Source: Macrostomum lignano (Eukaryota). From it: a stretch of DNA of 49,967 nt. Where the stretch lies: contig NIVC01003199.1 of the NCBI GenBank assembly GCA_002269645.1, forward strand, positions 1-49,967. The letters run 5' to 3'. Below the pieces are notes generated by a model. That model did not search any database. It saw nothing but the letters and a program-made list of their open reading frames with translations, and had not been told where the DNA came from. Positions 48,401 to 49,967 of the stretch are shown piece by piece. The number at the start of each line of letters is the position of its first letter. Position 1 is the first letter of the stretch. The position numbers were made by a program, and so were the translations under genes.

Positions 48401-49255
48401 CGTCTCGGTGACGTCACTGTCGCCTGTGAGTCGCGTCGCACCTGCTGGCAAAGTCACAGTTGATAAGGTGAATGCAGGATTCAACAGGCAGCAAGTGCCA
48501 CCGGCTAAGGTGATCGACCTGAGAGTGACAGTGAATGCGATGGACCAAACAGCCATGTTAATTTGGACGGCGATGGAAGATCCGGTCAGACCTAATACCT
48601 GTGAGCCGCGTCTTGCTCTGGTTGGAAATATATCAATGTAAAGTTTGTAATTCAGCGAAATTCCTTCCATTTTTGGTATCCCTGTTTATTCCAGCTGTCA
48701 GCTATCAAATTAGATACTCAAAATCGCGTAGTCAGTTGATTGACAACTTTTCAAAGTGCAAAAAACTGAGCTCTGTGTCCAGTGGTCTGACCGGCCCGGA
48801 CTCCACAATCGAGATGAACATCTTCTCTCTGCTGTCAGATAAAGGCGCCGTGTTTCTCGCCGTCGCCGGCGTCTCATCCGCCCGAGTCGTCGGACTGCAG
48901 TCTAACATCGTCGGCGTTGACGTGACGCACCATCGGCTTTGGAGCTGAGTAGGCTGGAGAAGCTCGGTTTGAATGTCGACGGCATTCACCTGCCGGCCGG
49001 TACGGCTGACTTCTCCGCCGTAGTGGCGGAGTGTGCGCCGCAGTGGCGGCTGTGAGTAGTCTCGTTACTCTGTCGCTGGTGCTGCAGAGACGGCTGGGCC
49101 CGATGGCGATGTTTGCCTCGGCTGGAGCAGATACAGGTCAAGCAGTGGGCCAGATGACCCTCAGCCGTGCGGCGGCGATGCCTCAGCAGGTGTGTGTGGA
49201 CGAGAGCGACTTTACTAATGATGTCTACGATGCTGTCGCCTTCGTGAACGACTAA
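45406..49255 (+). CDS. CLCA: CLCA-like protein B (tandem paralog); 9 exons (45406-45585, 45670-45967, 46060-46582, 46791-47018, 47138-47448, 47604-47846, 47933-48230, 48322-48600, 48695-49255), interrupted by about eight 1-bp indels (assembly error or pseudogene)
   Basis: Same exon structure and phases as paralog A, with all splice sites intact. Frame changes at ~46125, ~46268, ~46313, ~46800, ~46950, ~47163, ~48927 and ~49028. Confidence 0.8.
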
Positions 49256-49967
49256 AAGGAAAGCTCTAAAGAGAAGAAGTCGTCCTCATTAAGAGTTTGT
49301 CGTTGAAAGTGTTTTGTTGAACAATATTTGAAATTGAAATTGGCTGTTTTTTGAAATTAAGAGCTGAAGAAAAGAGAATTTTCAAGATATTTATCTATTT
49401 AACGCACGACATTTTTTTGCAGTTTGATTGGAGAATCGTTGGTTTAAATTTGTAACAGCCTTACTATAACAAATCAAAGTATTTTACTATACGCTCGTAC
49501 TACTGTTGCTCCAAAGTCTATGCTAATCTGCTTAACGAGAAAAGATTAGGTCTAATATTACCTGTTCCGTACTGTGTCGGAAAGTCTATAATTATATACT
49601 AGAACATATAAATTTATTTATTTATTTAAAGCCAAATTTTCAGATATACATGCCCGTAATTCAGAGATCAATGTTTTCACATTACATCGGATAACTACGT
49701 GATACGTCGGCTGTACATGCAGCGGTGTAATGTAAAAGTATCCCATTTGTTAGCGACATCGATAAGGCGTCGGATTGTTTTTTCGGATATCCAGTCGGCA
49801 TACTAGTATTTAATAATAATAGCATTCATGCCATCCATTTTAAGAAGCTGCAACTTCTTACCTTATTGGGTATATTTATACTGTATCGTCTATTATCTAG
49901 CTATAGTTATACTCCAGGGTATTATATGATTACAGTAATTTAATAAATCTAACAGTCTTTTCCGTTA

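Noticed and set aside
49674-49737. Short inverted repeat TTTTCACATTACATCG / CGGTGTAATGTAAAA
   Set aside because: Imperfect 15-bp stem with no TSD; too weak to call an element.

Overview
Eukaryotic (animal) genomic DNA: GT-AG spliced genes with GC-rich exons in AT-rich, minisatellite-laden introns. The style suggests a free-living flatworm such as Macrostomum, but that is inference only. Four protein-coding genes can be reconstructed by hand. (1) A + strand gene at ~1.7-7.0 kb: a ~2.9 kb exon (helical/TPR-like region plus a HEPN-like C-terminal domain, one frameshift near 2040) ending in a phase-0 GTAAGT donor that fits a phase-0 acceptor in front of ZC3H7/RoXaN-type CCCH zinc-finger exons, giving a putative TPR-like + RNase-like + CCCH protein. 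(2) A 14-exon - strand gene (30345-12038, ~1183 aa) fusing a band 4.1-type FERM/FA region to two DDX1-type SPRY domains; most of its larger introns carry a different minisatellite. (3,4) Two tandem 9-exon CLCA-like genes (39506-43775, 45406-49255) that keep the VWA MIDAS motif but lack the HExxH zinc motif and share a near-identical ~0.9 kb tract; the second has about eight 1-bp indels. Also present: two tRNA-derived SINE copies, RTE-like LINE fragments, two CCC...GGG non-autonomous DNA transposons and many tandem repeats. No CRISPR array, rRNA or bona fide tRNA was found.
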